Positions 8,923-18,643 of a stretch of 32,000 nt of DNA are shown one piece after another. Every line of letters starts with the position of its first letter. Position 1 is the first letter of the stretch. The notes under the pieces are model-generated. The model searched no databases. It was given only the letters and a program-made list of their open reading frames with translations, and was not told where the DNA came from. The DNA is from Corynebacterium glutamicum ATCC 13032 (GTDB taxonomy: Bacteria; Actinomycetota; Actinomycetes; Mycobacteriales; Mycobacteriaceae): the NCBI RefSeq assembly GCF_000011325.1, contig NC_003450.3, forward strand, positions 690,001 to 722,000. Direction: 5' to 3'. Made by a program: the position numbers and the translations under genes.

Positions 8923-9272
8923 GTCAGGCGCTCCAATGCGTGTGCGAGTTGGTCGTCGGTGTCTTCGATTTCAGCGAGGCCCGTCAGCGCGCGGTTTCCT
9001 AAATTCTCGGCGGTGTGGGACAGCAAGGTGAGGTTGCGGGCATAGGTGGCAAGGGAGGCGGATAGTGCCTGGTGGATATCAAACTGCGCGCCAGAATCAG
9101 TGGGAAGCGCGGGCACAGCAGGGGTGGGCAACAAACACAGCTCGTGGGCGAGCTCTTTGGCGTGGGGCAAATTAATCCTCATACTTTGTTGGACTGGAAA
9201 AGTGGCCGTTTGGTTCCCTCCAAGCCCAAATTCGCCCGCGCGGTCTTCTTCTGGGCGGCAATGATTTAACAT
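8919..9272 (-). CDS. Small hypothetical helical protein, translationally coupled to the NlpC/P60 gene (start uncertain: 9272 or internal ATG at 9182)
   Basis: The ORF is 117 aa. The alternative start at [15 protein letters not shown] (9182) gives 87 aa. The stop overlaps the downstream ATG. I recognised no motif. Confidence 0.55.
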   Translation of the reverse strand: MLNHCRPEEDRAGEFGLGGNQTATFPVQQSMRINLPHAKELAHELCLLPTPAVPALPTDSGAQFDIHQALSASLATYARNLTLLSHTAENLGNRALTGLAEIEDTDDQLAHALERLT

Positions 9273-9280
9273 GTGAAGCT

Positions 9281-9916
9281 ATGGACATCACCATCGTCAA
9301 CCACCCACTCGTTGCTAGCCGCCTAACCCTGTTGCGCGACGAGCGCAGCGACAACGCAGCTTTCCGTGCAGCAGCCAACGACCTCGGCGCCATGCTGATC
9401 TACGAAGCATCCCGAGATCTGGAAGTCGAACACTTCGACACCAAAACCCCCGTTGCCATGGCTGAAGGTACTCGCCTGAAGCAGCCACCCATCATCGTTC
9501 CCATCATCCGTGCAGGTCTCGGCATGATCGACCCAGCGCTGTCGATGATTCCGGATGCACAGGTCGGCTTCATTGGCCTTGCCCGCGATGAGGAAACCCA
9601 TGAGCCAGTCCCATACCTTGAGGCGCTGCCACAGGATCTAAGCAACCAGCCTGTATTCCTTGTCGATCCCATGCTGGCCACCGGCGGTTCCCTCCTGCAC
9701 GCGATCCGCCTTCTTGCTGATCGTGGCGCCACCGACATCACCGCCATCTGCATGGTTTCTGCGCAGCCAGGTGTGGACGCATTGGCGGAATCTGGTCTTC
9801 CAGTTCGTTTGGTTACCGCCACCATCGACCCAGGTCTAGACGAAAACGCCTACATCGTGCCTGGTCTTGGAGATGCCGGTGATCGTCTCTACGGTCCGCG
9901 AAACATCGACCTTTAA
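9281..9916 (+). CDS. upp: Uracil phosphoribosyltransferase
   Basis: 211 aa with a PRPP-binding loop ([13 protein letters not shown]) and a C-terminal [15 protein letters not shown] typical of Upp. Confidence 0.95.
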   Translation: MDITIVNHPLVASRLTLLRDERSDNAAFRAAANDLGAMLIYEASRDLEVEHFDTKTPVAMAEGTRLKQPPIIVPIIRAGLGMIDPALSMIPDAQVGFIGLARDEETHEPVPYLEALPQDLSNQPVFLVDPMLATGGSLLHAIRLLADRGATDITAICMVSAQPGVDALAESGLPVRLVTATIDPGLDENAYIVPGLGDAGDRLYGPRNIDL

Positions 9917-9997
9917 AAGTTTCTAAGGGCATTACGGAAAATTCTTGCCCACTGTAGTGGGCGGTGAGTATTCTTATGCATCGGCAATGTTGTCTAT

Positions 9998-10384
9998 GTG
10001 TCGAAGGAAATGTCGGAAAAGCGGTGGTCAAGCTATGGCCACGCTTTCGCGAGCCGACTGAAAAAACTTCGAACCCTCCGTGGCTTCAGCCAAGAAGAGC
10101 TCGCAGATCTCTCCGGAGTGTCCCGAAACACCATTTCTAATTACGAGCGCAACGAAAACAACAAGGGCAACGCCGTCGATCCGCAGCTGTCCAACATCTA
10201 CAGGTTGGCCCAAGCCCTCGATGTGCCGCCCATCGCGCTCATGCCCGCCGGCTCCGTGCCCGTGGCAAAAATCTGCGTCGACGAAACCGCCGCCATTGAC
10301 GTGCGGTGGCCTTCAGAAAAAGATCCACTGCTTTTCGACGCAGACCTCCGGCTCACCCGCAACCGCGAGCAGCCAGGAAACTAA
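9998..10384 (+). CDS. XRE-family helix-turn-helix transcriptional regulator
   Basis: 128 aa with an HTH_3 signature (LRTLRGFSQEELADLSGVSRNTISNYERNEN). The start is GTG 9998 or ATG 10010, the latter preceded by GAAGGA. Confidence 0.85.
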   Translation: MSKEMSEKRWSSYGHAFASRLKKLRTLRGFSQEELADLSGVSRNTISNYERNENNKGNAVDPQLSNIYRLAQALDVPPIALMPAGSVPVAKICVDETAAIDVRWPSEKDPLLFDADLRLTRNREQPGN

Positions 10385-11973
10385 AGCTTGCTCAACCAGC
10401 TTTGGACTTCATCCTCCAGCTGATGCAACAACTGAGCTGCTTCATCATGGGAGCTGGCCTGACCAACTTCCAAATAGAGCTTGGCTTTCGCCTCAGTTCC
10501 AGAGACTCGACCAATAGCACGGATATGCACATGCCCCACCTGGCCATGCAAAGCAATGCCCTGTTTTTCAGGAAGAATATGTGGGGTGACAGACACTCCA
10601 ATGAGTTCTTGCTGAGGATGCGCAATCCAGTGATCAACTAACTCGCGTGGACTGCTCGTGCGCACAGCAATTTGCGAGGACGCAAAATACCCATATCGGC
10701 GATACAACTCATTGAGTTTTTGCTGCAGGCTTGCGCCCTGAGCCTTCAGTTCGGCAGCCCACGACGCCATGAACAACGCTGTAGAGATGCCGTCCTTATC
10801 CGGCACGACATCTGGAACCGGGCAGGTGCCCACAGCTTCCTCATAAGCGAAAGCAAGCGGTCCGTCGAGACCATCGGCAGCCCTCGACAGATTTTTGAAT
10901 CCCGTCAGTGTCTCGGAATAATCCCACCCTTTATCCTCGGCGATGATACCCAGAAGCTGCGAAGACACCACCGTGGTGGCAACCACGGGACGTGGGCCTT
11001 CACCGGAATACTCCGGAACCAAACGAGTAGCCAAAAGTGTGCCCACCTCATCGCCAGAGAGCATTCGGTGGCCGCCATCAGCGGTACGAATACCCACAGC
11101 ACAACGATCGGCATCAGGATCAAGCGCAAACAAAATGTCAGCGTTCTTTTCCTTTGCGCGTTCCAACAACAACTCAATCGCAGAAGGCTCTTCCGGATTG
11201 GGGAACGCCACAGTGGGGAAGGTGGGATCAGGATACTGCTGAGCCTTCACGCCATGAGTATGGGGAAAACCAGCAAATTGGAAAGCATTGGCCATCGCGC
11301 GGCCACCCACACCATGCAGAGCGGTATACACCACGCGAAGATTGCCCCGCTCAGAATTCACCCGCAACAAATCAGCCTGATCAGGAGTCACCAACGACAC
11401 CATCTCATCAACATATCGACGCAGCTGATCAGCAGTGGGGCGCACCGTCACCCGAGGAACCCGAATCGGATCTTCCACAGCATTGATATGCGCCTCAAGC
11501 TCAGGCTCCAGTTCAGAATAAAGCTGGCGACCATTAGACAAAAACACCTTGTAGCCATTGTCCGCCGCACCATTATGCGAAGCCGTGATCTGAACGCCCG
11601 CATCCAACCCATGCTTGTTCACCAACCACGGAATCAACGGCGTAGGGCTAGGCGTGGGGAGCAACGTCACCTCAAAACCAGCACCCGCGAACACCTCCGC
11701 AGTGGTTGCAGCAAAAGTATGCGAACCATAGCGAGCGTCATACCCCACAACGACCCGCAACGGACCATCTTGGGGATACAACGCCCTGCCGATTCCTGTT
11801 TCATCCTCAGGAACCAAATGCGGCACTGGATTTAGTGCCGCACGTTCTGCCAACCAACTAGCAACACCTGCTGTAGTTCTGGTTACCTGCAAAACATTCA
11901 TCTGATGGCGCGCCGGGCCAACTGGTGCACGCAACCCTGCTGTGCCGAAACTAAGCTGACGAGACTCGTCCAT
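10381..11973 (-). CDS. pmmB: Phosphoglucomutase/phosphomannomutase family protein
   Basis: It carries the active-site loop TASHNGAADNGYK. I set the start at ATG 11973 (MDESRQLSFGTAGLRAPVG), which has AAAGGA upstream. The 45-aa upstream extension in the track ORF looks non-coding and would cross the divergent promoter. Confidence 0.9.
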   Translation of the reverse strand: MDESRQLSFGTAGLRAPVGPARHQMNVLQVTRTTAGVASWLAERAALNPVPHLVPEDETGIGRALYPQDGPLRVVVGYDARYGSHTFAATTAEVFAGAGFEVTLLPTPSPTPLIPWLVNKHGLDAGVQITASHNGAADNGYKVFLSNGRQLYSELEPELEAHINAVEDPIRVPRVTVRPTADQLRRYVDEMVSLVTPDQADLLRVNSERGNLRVVYTALHGVGGRAMANAFQFAGFPHTHGVKAQQYPDPTFPTVAFPNPEEPSAIELLLERAKEKNADILFALDPDADRCAVGIRTADGGHRMLSGDEVGTLLATRLVPEYSGEGPRPVVATTVVSSQLLGIIAEDKGWDYSETLTGFKNLSRAADGLDGPLAFAYEEAVGTCPVPDVVPDKDGISTALFMASWAAELKAQGASLQQKLNELYRRYGYFASSQIAVRTSSPRELVDHWIAHPQQELIGVSVTPHILPEKQGIALHGQVGHVHIRAIGRVSGTEAKAKLYLEVGQASSHDEAAQLLHQLEDEVQSWLSKL

Positions 11974-12077
11974 GAACACCCCGATCCTTTGTTTTCGTGG
12001 GATCACTATTAGACTCGACTCTACCGCGCTGCAGGTTTTCCTGATACGCCTGCGGACAAAACAGAAAGGTATTTCAC

Positions 12078-13265
12078 GTGATGGAAATTGGTGTGCAGGT
12101 TGCCTCATGGATGGACCGCCACCATGACGAGGTCATAAAGTGGCGCAGGCATTTGCACAGCCATCCTGAGCTCTCCCACATGGAATACCGCACGACTGAG
12201 TATTTGGCCTCGGTTCTGAAAGATCACGGCATGGAACCACACCTGTTCCCAGGAACCGGTTTGATGGTGGATATCGGACCAGAAGGGGACTCCCGCCTGG
12301 CGTTTCGCGCTGATATCGATGCCCTTCCGCTGCTTGAATCAACCGGCTTAGAGTTCTCTTCCACAGCCACTGGCGTTGCGCATGCCTGCGGACATGACGT
12401 GCACACGGTGATCGCTTTGGCACTTGCCTGTGCACTGAACACCATCGAACTGCCCATCGGCATTCGGGTGATTTTCCAGCCGGCAGAAGAAGTCATGACT
12501 GGTGGCGCAACGGACGTCATTGCCCACGGTGGCCTTGATGGTGTGGATGCGATTTACGCCATCCACGTTGAACCCAAATTGAAGGTCGGTCGCGTCGGTG
12601 TACGCGCTGGCGCGATTACTTCTGCCTCAGATGTGATCGAAATCAGAGTCAAGGGTGAAGGAGGACATAGCGCACGTCCACACCTCTCCGCTGATGTTGT
12701 TTACGCCTTGAGCAAATTGGTCGTTGATCTTCCCGGTTTGCTGTCCAGGCGCGTCGATCCACGCACCGGCACCGTGCTTGTTTTCGGCACCATCAACGCC
12801 GGCTATGCGCCCAACGCGATCCCAGATTCCGGCATCGTGTCAGGCACCTTGCGTACAGCCGACATCTCTACCTGGCGTGACATGCGTCCGCTTATCTCTG
12901 AGCTGGTGGAACAGGTGCTCGCACCCACCGGAGTCACCCATGAACTGATCTACAATCCGGGTGTTCCACCAGTGCTTAACGACGATGTCGCCACCGCTTT
13001 GTTGGCAAGCGCAGCACGCGACATGGACACACAATCTGTTGTCCAAGCGCCGCAGTCATCCGGTGGAGAAGACTTCTCGTGGTACCTTGAACACGTCCCA
13101 GGATCAATGGCCCGGTTGGGTTGCTGGCCGGGGCACGGACCCAAGCAAGACCTCCATCAAAGTGACCTGGTTGTGGATGAGCGAGCCATCGGAGTTGGCG
13201 TCAGGCTCTTTGGCTCCCTTGTGCAGCAGTACAGTAGCCGATCTGAAGCTTTCTTAAATTCCTAA
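12078..13265 (+). CDS. amiA: M20-family amidohydrolase (N-acyl-L-amino acid amidohydrolase/hippuricase type)
   Basis: 395 aa with the M20D metal-ligand motif HACGHDVH and a GAAAGG Shine-Dalgarno. The start is GTG 12078 or the adjacent ATG 12081. Confidence 0.88.
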   Translation: MMEIGVQVASWMDRHHDEVIKWRRHLHSHPELSHMEYRTTEYLASVLKDHGMEPHLFPGTGLMVDIGPEGDSRLAFRADIDALPLLESTGLEFSSTATGVAHACGHDVHTVIALALACALNTIELPIGIRVIFQPAEEVMTGGATDVIAHGGLDGVDAIYAIHVEPKLKVGRVGVRAGAITSASDVIEIRVKGEGGHSARPHLSADVVYALSKLVVDLPGLLSRRVDPRTGTVLVFGTINAGYAPNAIPDSGIVSGTLRTADISTWRDMRPLISELVEQVLAPTGVTHELIYNPGVPPVLNDDVATALLASAARDMDTQSVVQAPQSSGGEDFSWYLEHVPGSMARLGCWPGHGPKQDLHQSDLVVDERAIGVGVRLFGSLVQQYSSRSEAFLNS

Positions 13266-13404
13266 TGGGGGTAGTGTGTAGGGCTGGCTCTAAATTGCTG
13301 ACACGTCACCCAGGCTAATTCAGCAGTAATCATTTAGACTTGGAACCGCTTACCAGTGGTTTCAACAATGCATTCACCCAGCTCACACGTGTGGAGGTGC
13401 CTTA

Positions 13405-14814
13405 ATGGCAAAGAGGATCGTAATTATCGGCGGTGGACCTGCAGGCTATGAAGCCGCACTCGCAGGCGCTAAATACGGTGCAGAAGTTACCGTTATTGAA
13501 GATGTCGGAGTTGGCGGATCCGCAGTCACCATGGACTGTGTACCTTCAAAGTCCTTCATCGCTGGTACCGGTATCAAAACCGACCTCCGACGTGCTGATG
13601 ACATGGGACTTAACCGTGGGCTTGGAAAAGCACACCTAGAAATCGATGCACTGAACATCCGTGTGAAGGACCTTGCGAAAGCACAGTCCGAAGATATCTT
13701 GGGCCAGCTGCAGCGCTCAGATGTCCGCATGATTAACGGTGTGGGCCGCTTTGATGATTACAACACCAAGCAAACCACCCACTACATTAAAGTCACCCAC
13801 AGCGATGGCTCCGAAGAAACCGTTGAGTGCGATCTGGTGCTGGTTGCAACTGGTGCAACCCCCCGCATTCTTAAAGGTGCAGAGCCAGACGGCGAGCGCA
13901 TCTTGACCTGGCGTCAGGTCTACGACATTGAAGAACTCCCCACCCACCTTATCGTGGTTGGTTCCGGTGTGACCGGTGCGGAATTTGTCTCTGCGTTTGC
14001 TGAACTCGGCGTCAAAGTCACCATGGTGGCATCCCGTGACCGCATTTTGCCTCACGATGACGCAGATGCCGCAGACGTGCTGGAAACCGTTCTGGCTGAG
14101 CGCGGAGTATCCCTGGAAAAGCATGCCCGCGTGGAGTCTGTCACCCGCACCGAAGACGGTGGCGTGTGTGTTCGCACTGCTGACGGACGAGAAATCTACG
14201 GTTCTCACGCGTTGATGACTGTTGGTTCCATTCCAAACACGGCAGATCTTGGCCTGGAGAACATCGGTGTTGAGCTGGCACCATCCGGCCATATCAAGGT
14301 TGACCGCGTCTCCCGCACCAACATCCCCGGTGTGTACGCAGCAGGTGACTGTACTGACCTATTCCCACTGGCGTCCGTTGCAGCGATGCAGGGCCGTATC
14401 GCCATGTATCACGCACTCGGTGAAGGCGTGAGCCCCATCCGTTTGAAGACTGTTGCCACCGCAGTGTTTACCCGCCCAGAGATCGCAGCAGTAGGTATCA
14501 CCCATGCACAAGTTGATTCCGGCGAAGTGTCTGCTCGCGTGATTGTGCTTCCTTTGGCTACTAACCCACGCGCCAAGATGCGTTCCCTGCGCCACGGTTT
14601 TGTGAAGCTGTTCTGCCGCCGTAACTCTGGCCTGATCATCGGTGGTGTCGTGGTGGCACCGACCGCGTCTGAGCTGATCCTACCGATCGCTGTGGCAGTG
14701 ACCAACCGTCTGACAGTTGCTGATCTGGCTGATACCTTCGCGGTGTACCCATCATTGTCAGGTTCGATTACTGAAGCAGCACGTCAGCTGGTTCAACATG
14801 ATGATCTAGGCTAA
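13405..14814 (+). CDS. lpdA: Flavoprotein disulfide reductase-family enzyme, LpdA type (NAD(P)H quinone reductase-like; lacks a complete redox disulfide)
   Basis: 469 aa with a GGGPAGYEAA FAD fold and a second GSGVTGAEF NAD fold. In place of GGTCxxxGCIPSK it has GGSAVTMDCVPSK, so only the second Cys is present. The C-terminal HPxxxE is replaced by VYPSLSG. Confidence 0.88.
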   Translation: MAKRIVIIGGGPAGYEAALAGAKYGAEVTVIEDVGVGGSAVTMDCVPSKSFIAGTGIKTDLRRADDMGLNRGLGKAHLEIDALNIRVKDLAKAQSEDILGQLQRSDVRMINGVGRFDDYNTKQTTHYIKVTHSDGSEETVECDLVLVATGATPRILKGAEPDGERILTWRQVYDIEELPTHLIVVGSGVTGAEFVSAFAELGVKVTMVASRDRILPHDDADAADVLETVLAERGVSLEKHARVESVTRTEDGGVCVRTADGREIYGSHALMTVGSIPNTADLGLENIGVELAPSGHIKVDRVSRTNIPGVYAAGDCTDLFPLASVAAMQGRIAMYHALGEGVSPIRLKTVATAVFTRPEIAAVGITHAQVDSGEVSARVIVLPLATNPRAKMRSLRHGFVKLFCRRNSGLIIGGVVVAPTASELILPIAVAVTNRLTVADLADTFAVYPSLSGSITEAARQLVQHDDLG

Positions 14815-14837
14815 TTTTTCTGAGTCTTAGATTTTGA

Positions 14838-14875
14838 GAAAACCCAGGATTGCTTTGTGCACTCCTGGGTTTTCA
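14838..14875 (+). terminator. Rho-independent (bidirectional-looking) terminator after lpdA
   Basis: Perfect 12-bp stem GAAAACCCAGGA / TCCTGGGTTTTC with a 14-nt loop. An A-run lies on the left and a T-run on the right. Confidence 0.8.
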
Positions 14876-14901
14876 CTTTGTTAAGCAGTTTTGGGGAAAA
14901 G

Positions 14902-14921
14902 TGCAAAGTTTGCAAAGTTTA
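14902..14921. promoter_or_regulatory. Tandem TGCAAAGTT x2 containing a RamB-type box (TTTGCAAAGTTTA) far upstream of pyc
   Basis: TGCAAAGTT occurs at 14902-14910 and again at 14911-14919. Positions 14909-14921 match the reverse complement of the RamB consensus A(A/G)AACTTTGCAAA at 12/13. A second TTGCAA-centred near-palindrome, CCTTTGCAAGG, lies at 14994-15004. Confidence 0.4.
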
Positions 14922-15210
14922 GAAATATTTTAAGAGGTAAGATGTCTGCAGGTGGAAGCGTTTAAATGCGTTAAACTTGGCCAAATGTGGCAACCTTTGC
15001 AAGGTGAAAAACTGGGGCGGGGTTAGATCCTGGGGGGTTTATTTCATTCACTTTGGCTTGAAGTCGTGCAGGTCAGGGGAGTGTTGCCCGAAAACATTGA
15101 GAGGAAAACAAAAACCGATGTTTGATTGGGGGAATCGGGGGTTACGATACTAGGACGCAGTGACTGCTATCACCCTTGGCGGTCTCTTGTTGAAAGGAAT
15201 AATTACTCTA

Positions 15211-18200
15211 GTGTCGACTCACACATCTTCAACGCTTCCAGCATTCAAAAAGATCTTGGTAGCAAACCGCGGCGAAATCGCGGTCCGTGCTTTCCGTGCA
15301 GCACTCGAAACCGGTGCAGCCACGGTAGCTATTTACCCCCGTGAAGATCGGGGATCATTCCACCGCTCTTTTGCTTCTGAAGCTGTCCGCATTGGTACCG
15401 AAGGCTCACCAGTCAAGGCGTACCTGGACATCGATGAAATTATCGGTGCAGCTAAAAAAGTTAAAGCAGATGCCATTTACCCGGGATACGGCTTCCTGTC
15501 TGAAAATGCCCAGCTTGCCCGCGAGTGTGCGGAAAACGGCATTACTTTTATTGGCCCAACCCCAGAGGTTCTTGATCTCACCGGTGATAAGTCTCGCGCG
15601 GTAACCGCCGCGAAGAAGGCTGGTCTGCCAGTTTTGGCGGAATCCACCCCGAGCAAAAACATCGATGAGATCGTTAAAAGCGCTGAAGGCCAGACTTACC
15701 CCATCTTTGTGAAGGCAGTTGCCGGTGGTGGCGGACGCGGTATGCGTTTTGTTGCTTCACCTGATGAGCTTCGCAAATTAGCAACAGAAGCATCTCGTGA
15801 AGCTGAAGCGGCTTTCGGCGATGGCGCGGTATATGTCGAACGTGCTGTGATTAACCCTCAGCATATTGAAGTGCAGATCCTTGGCGATCACACTGGAGAA
15901 GTTGTACACCTTTATGAACGTGACTGCTCACTGCAGCGTCGTCACCAAAAAGTTGTCGAAATTGCGCCAGCACAGCATTTGGATCCAGAACTGCGTGATC
16001 GCATTTGTGCGGATGCAGTAAAGTTCTGCCGCTCCATTGGTTACCAGGGCGCGGGAACCGTGGAATTCTTGGTCGATGAAAAGGGCAACCACGTCTTCAT
16101 CGAAATGAACCCACGTATCCAGGTTGAGCACACCGTGACTGAAGAAGTCACCGAGGTGGACCTGGTGAAGGCGCAGATGCGCTTGGCTGCTGGTGCAACC
16201 TTGAAGGAATTGGGTCTGACCCAAGATAAGATCAAGACCCACGGTGCAGCACTGCAGTGCCGCATCACCACGGAAGATCCAAACAACGGCTTCCGCCCAG
16301 ATACCGGAACTATCACCGCGTACCGCTCACCAGGCGGAGCTGGCGTTCGTCTTGACGGTGCAGCTCAGCTCGGTGGCGAAATCACCGCACACTTTGACTC
16401 CATGCTGGTGAAAATGACCTGCCGTGGTTCCGACTTTGAAACTGCTGTTGCTCGTGCACAGCGCGCGTTGGCTGAGTTCACCGTGTCTGGTGTTGCAACC
16501 AACATTGGTTTCTTGCGTGCGTTGCTGCGGGAAGAGGACTTCACTTCCAAGCGCATCGCCACCGGATTCATTGCCGATCACCCGCACCTCCTTCAGGCTC
16601 CACCTGCTGATGATGAGCAGGGACGCATCCTGGATTACTTGGCAGATGTCACCGTGAACAAGCCTCATGGTGTGCGTCCAAAGGATGTTGCAGCTCCTAT
16701 CGATAAGCTGCCTAACATCAAGGATCTGCCACTGCCACGCGGTTCCCGTGACCGCCTGAAGCAGCTTGGCCCAGCCGCGTTTGCTCGTGATCTCCGTGAG
16801 CAGGACGCACTGGCAGTTACTGATACCACCTTCCGCGATGCACACCAGTCTTTGCTTGCGACCCGAGTCCGCTCATTCGCACTGAAGCCTGCGGCAGAGG
16901 CCGTCGCAAAGCTGACTCCTGAGCTTTTGTCCGTGGAGGCCTGGGGCGGCGCGACCTACGATGTGGCGATGCGTTTCCTCTTTGAGGATCCGTGGGACAG
17001 GCTCGACGAGCTGCGCGAGGCGATGCCGAATGTAAACATTCAGATGCTGCTTCGCGGCCGCAACACCGTGGGATACACCCCGTACCCAGACTCCGTCTGC
17101 CGCGCGTTTGTTAAGGAAGCTGCCAGCTCCGGCGTGGACATCTTCCGCATCTTCGACGCGCTTAACGACGTCTCCCAGATGCGTCCAGCAATCGACGCAG
17201 TCCTGGAGACCAACACCGCGGTAGCCGAGGTGGCTATGGCTTATTCTGGTGATCTCTCTGATCCAAATGAAAAGCTCTACACCCTGGATTACTACCTAAA
17301 GATGGCAGAGGAGATCGTCAAGTCTGGCGCTCACATCTTGGCCATTAAGGATATGGCTGGTCTGCTTCGCCCAGCTGCGGTAACCAAGCTGGTCACCGCA
17401 CTGCGCCGTGAATTCGATCTGCCAGTGCACGTGCACACCCACGACACTGCGGGTGGCCAGCTGGCAACCTACTTTGCTGCAGCTCAAGCTGGTGCAGATG
17501 CTGTTGACGGTGCTTCCGCACCACTGTCTGGCACCACCTCCCAGCCATCCCTGTCTGCCATTGTTGCTGCATTCGCGCACACCCGTCGCGATACCGGTTT
17601 GAGCCTCGAGGCTGTTTCTGACCTCGAGCCGTACTGGGAAGCAGTGCGCGGACTGTACCTGCCATTTGAGTCTGGAACCCCAGGCCCAACCGGTCGCGTC
17701 TACCGCCACGAAATCCCAGGCGGACAGTTGTCCAACCTGCGTGCACAGGCCACCGCACTGGGCCTTGCGGATCGTTTCGAACTCATCGAAGACAACTACG
17801 CAGCCGTTAATGAGATGCTGGGACGCCCAACCAAGGTCACCCCATCCTCCAAGGTTGTTGGCGACCTCGCACTCCACCTCGTTGGTGCGGGTGTGGATCC
17901 AGCAGACTTTGCTGCCGATCCACAAAAGTACGACATCCCAGACTCTGTCATCGCGTTCCTGCGCGGCGAGCTTGGTAACCCTCCAGGTGGCTGGCCAGAG
18001 CCACTGCGCACCCGCGCACTGGAAGGCCGCTCCGAAGGCAAGGCACCTCTGACGGAAGTTCCTGAGGAAGAGCAGGCGCACCTCGACGCTGATGATTCCA
18101 AGGAACGTCGCAATAGCCTCAACCGCCTGCTGTTCCCGAAGCCAACCGAAGAGTTCCTCGAGCACCGTCGCCGCTTCGGCAACACCTCTGCGCTGGATGA

Positions 18201-18633
18201 TCGTGAATTCTTCTACGGCCTGGTCGAAGGCCGCGAGACTTTGATCCGCCTGCCAGATGTGCGCACCCCACTGCTTGTTCGCCTGGATGCGATCTCTGAG
18301 CCAGACGATAAGGGTATGCGCAATGTTGTGGCCAACGTCAACGGCCAGATCCGCCCAATGCGTGTGCGTGACCGCTCCGTTGAGTCTGTCACCGCAACCG
18401 CAGAAAAGGCAGATTCCTCCAACAAGGGCCATGTTGCTGCACCATTCGCTGGTGTTGTCACCGTGACTGTTGCTGAAGGTGATGAGGTCAAGGCTGGAGA
18501 TGCAGTCGCAATCATCGAGGCTATGAAGATGGAAGCAACAATCACTGCTTCTGTTGACGGCAAAATCGATCGCGTTGTGGTTCCTGCTGCAACGAAGGTG
18601 GAAGGTGGCGACTTGATCGTCGTCGTTTCCTAA
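15211..18633 (+). CDS. pyc: Pyruvate carboxylase (biotin carboxylase + carboxyltransferase + BCCP domains)
   Basis: GTG start at 15211 gives [28 protein letters not shown] and 1140 aa, matching the C. glutamicum Pyc that I recall. GAAAGGA Shine-Dalgarno sits at 15192-15198. The biotinylation motif is EAMKMEA. The track start at 15160 would place the Shine-Dalgarno inside the ORF. Confidence 0.96.
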   Translation: MSTHTSSTLPAFKKILVANRGEIAVRAFRAALETGAATVAIYPREDRGSFHRSFASEAVRIGTEGSPVKAYLDIDEIIGAAKKVKADAIYPGYGFLSENAQLARECAENGITFIGPTPEVLDLTGDKSRAVTAAKKAGLPVLAESTPSKNIDEIVKSAEGQTYPIFVKAVAGGGGRGMRFVASPDELRKLATEASREAEAAFGDGAVYVERAVINPQHIEVQILGDHTGEVVHLYERDCSLQRRHQKVVEIAPAQHLDPELRDRICADAVKFCRSIGYQGAGTVEFLVDEKGNHVFIEMNPRIQVEHTVTEEVTEVDLVKAQMRLAAGATLKELGLTQDKIKTHGAALQCRITTEDPNNGFRPDTGTITAYRSPGGAGVRLDGAAQLGGEITAHFDSMLVKMTCRGSDFETAVARAQRALAEFTVSGVATNIGFLRALLREEDFTSKRIATGFIADHPHLLQAPPADDEQGRILDYLADVTVNKPHGVRPKDVAAPIDKLPNIKDLPLPRGSRDRLKQLGPAAFARDLREQDALAVTDTTFRDAHQSLLATRVRSFALKPAAEAVAKLTPELLSVEAWGGATYDVAMRFLFEDPWDRLDELREAMPNVNIQMLLRGRNTVGYTPYPDSVCRAFVKEAASSGVDIFRIFDALNDVSQMRPAIDAVLETNTAVAEVAMAYSGDLSDPNEKLYTLDYYLKMAEEIVKSGAHILAIKDMAGLLRPAAVTKLVTALRREFDLPVHVHTHDTAGGQLATYFAAAQAGADAVDGASAPLSGTTSQPSLSAIVAAFAHTRRDTGLSLEAVSDLEPYWEAVRGLYLPFESGTPGPTGRVYRHEIPGGQLSNLRAQATALGLADRFELIEDNYAAVNEMLGRPTKVTPSSKVVGDLALHLVGAGVDPADFAADPQKYDIPDSVIAFLRGELGNPPGGWPEPLRTRALEGRSEGKAPLTEVPEEEQAHLDADDSKERRNSLNRLLFPKPTEEFLEHRRRFGNTSALDDREFFYGLVEGRETLIRLPDVRTPLLVRLDAISEPDDKGMRNVVANVNGQIRPMRVRDRSVESVTATAEKADSSNKGHVAAPFAGVVTVTVAEGDEVKAGDAVAIIEAMKMEATITASVDGKIDRVVVPAATKVEGGDLIVVVS

Positions 18634-18643
18634 ACCTTTCTGT

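Noticed and set aside
9947-9962. Short hairpin GCCCAC-TGTA-GTGGGC after upp as a terminator.
   Set aside because: The stem is only 6 bp and there is no U-tract. It is too weak to list as a feature.
14942-14965. Mini-ORF ATG TCT GCA GGT GGA AGC GTT TAA (MSAGGSV) behind AAGAGG in the pyc upstream region.
   Set aside because: It is seven codons long with no regulatory logic I can attach (no relevant amino-acid bias, no coupled structure beyond a weak GTTTAA/TTAAAC repeat). It is likely a chance occurrence.
15160-15210. N-terminal extensions offered by the ORF track: pyc from 15160, pmmB to 12108, GTPase to 21659, prpC from 25069, the 26283 ORF to 26780, and the 60-aa ORF from 28105.
   Set aside because: In each case an internal start has a proper Shine-Dalgarno and begins the conserved protein sequence. 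The extension would run through the RBS, operator boxes or the neighbouring gene.
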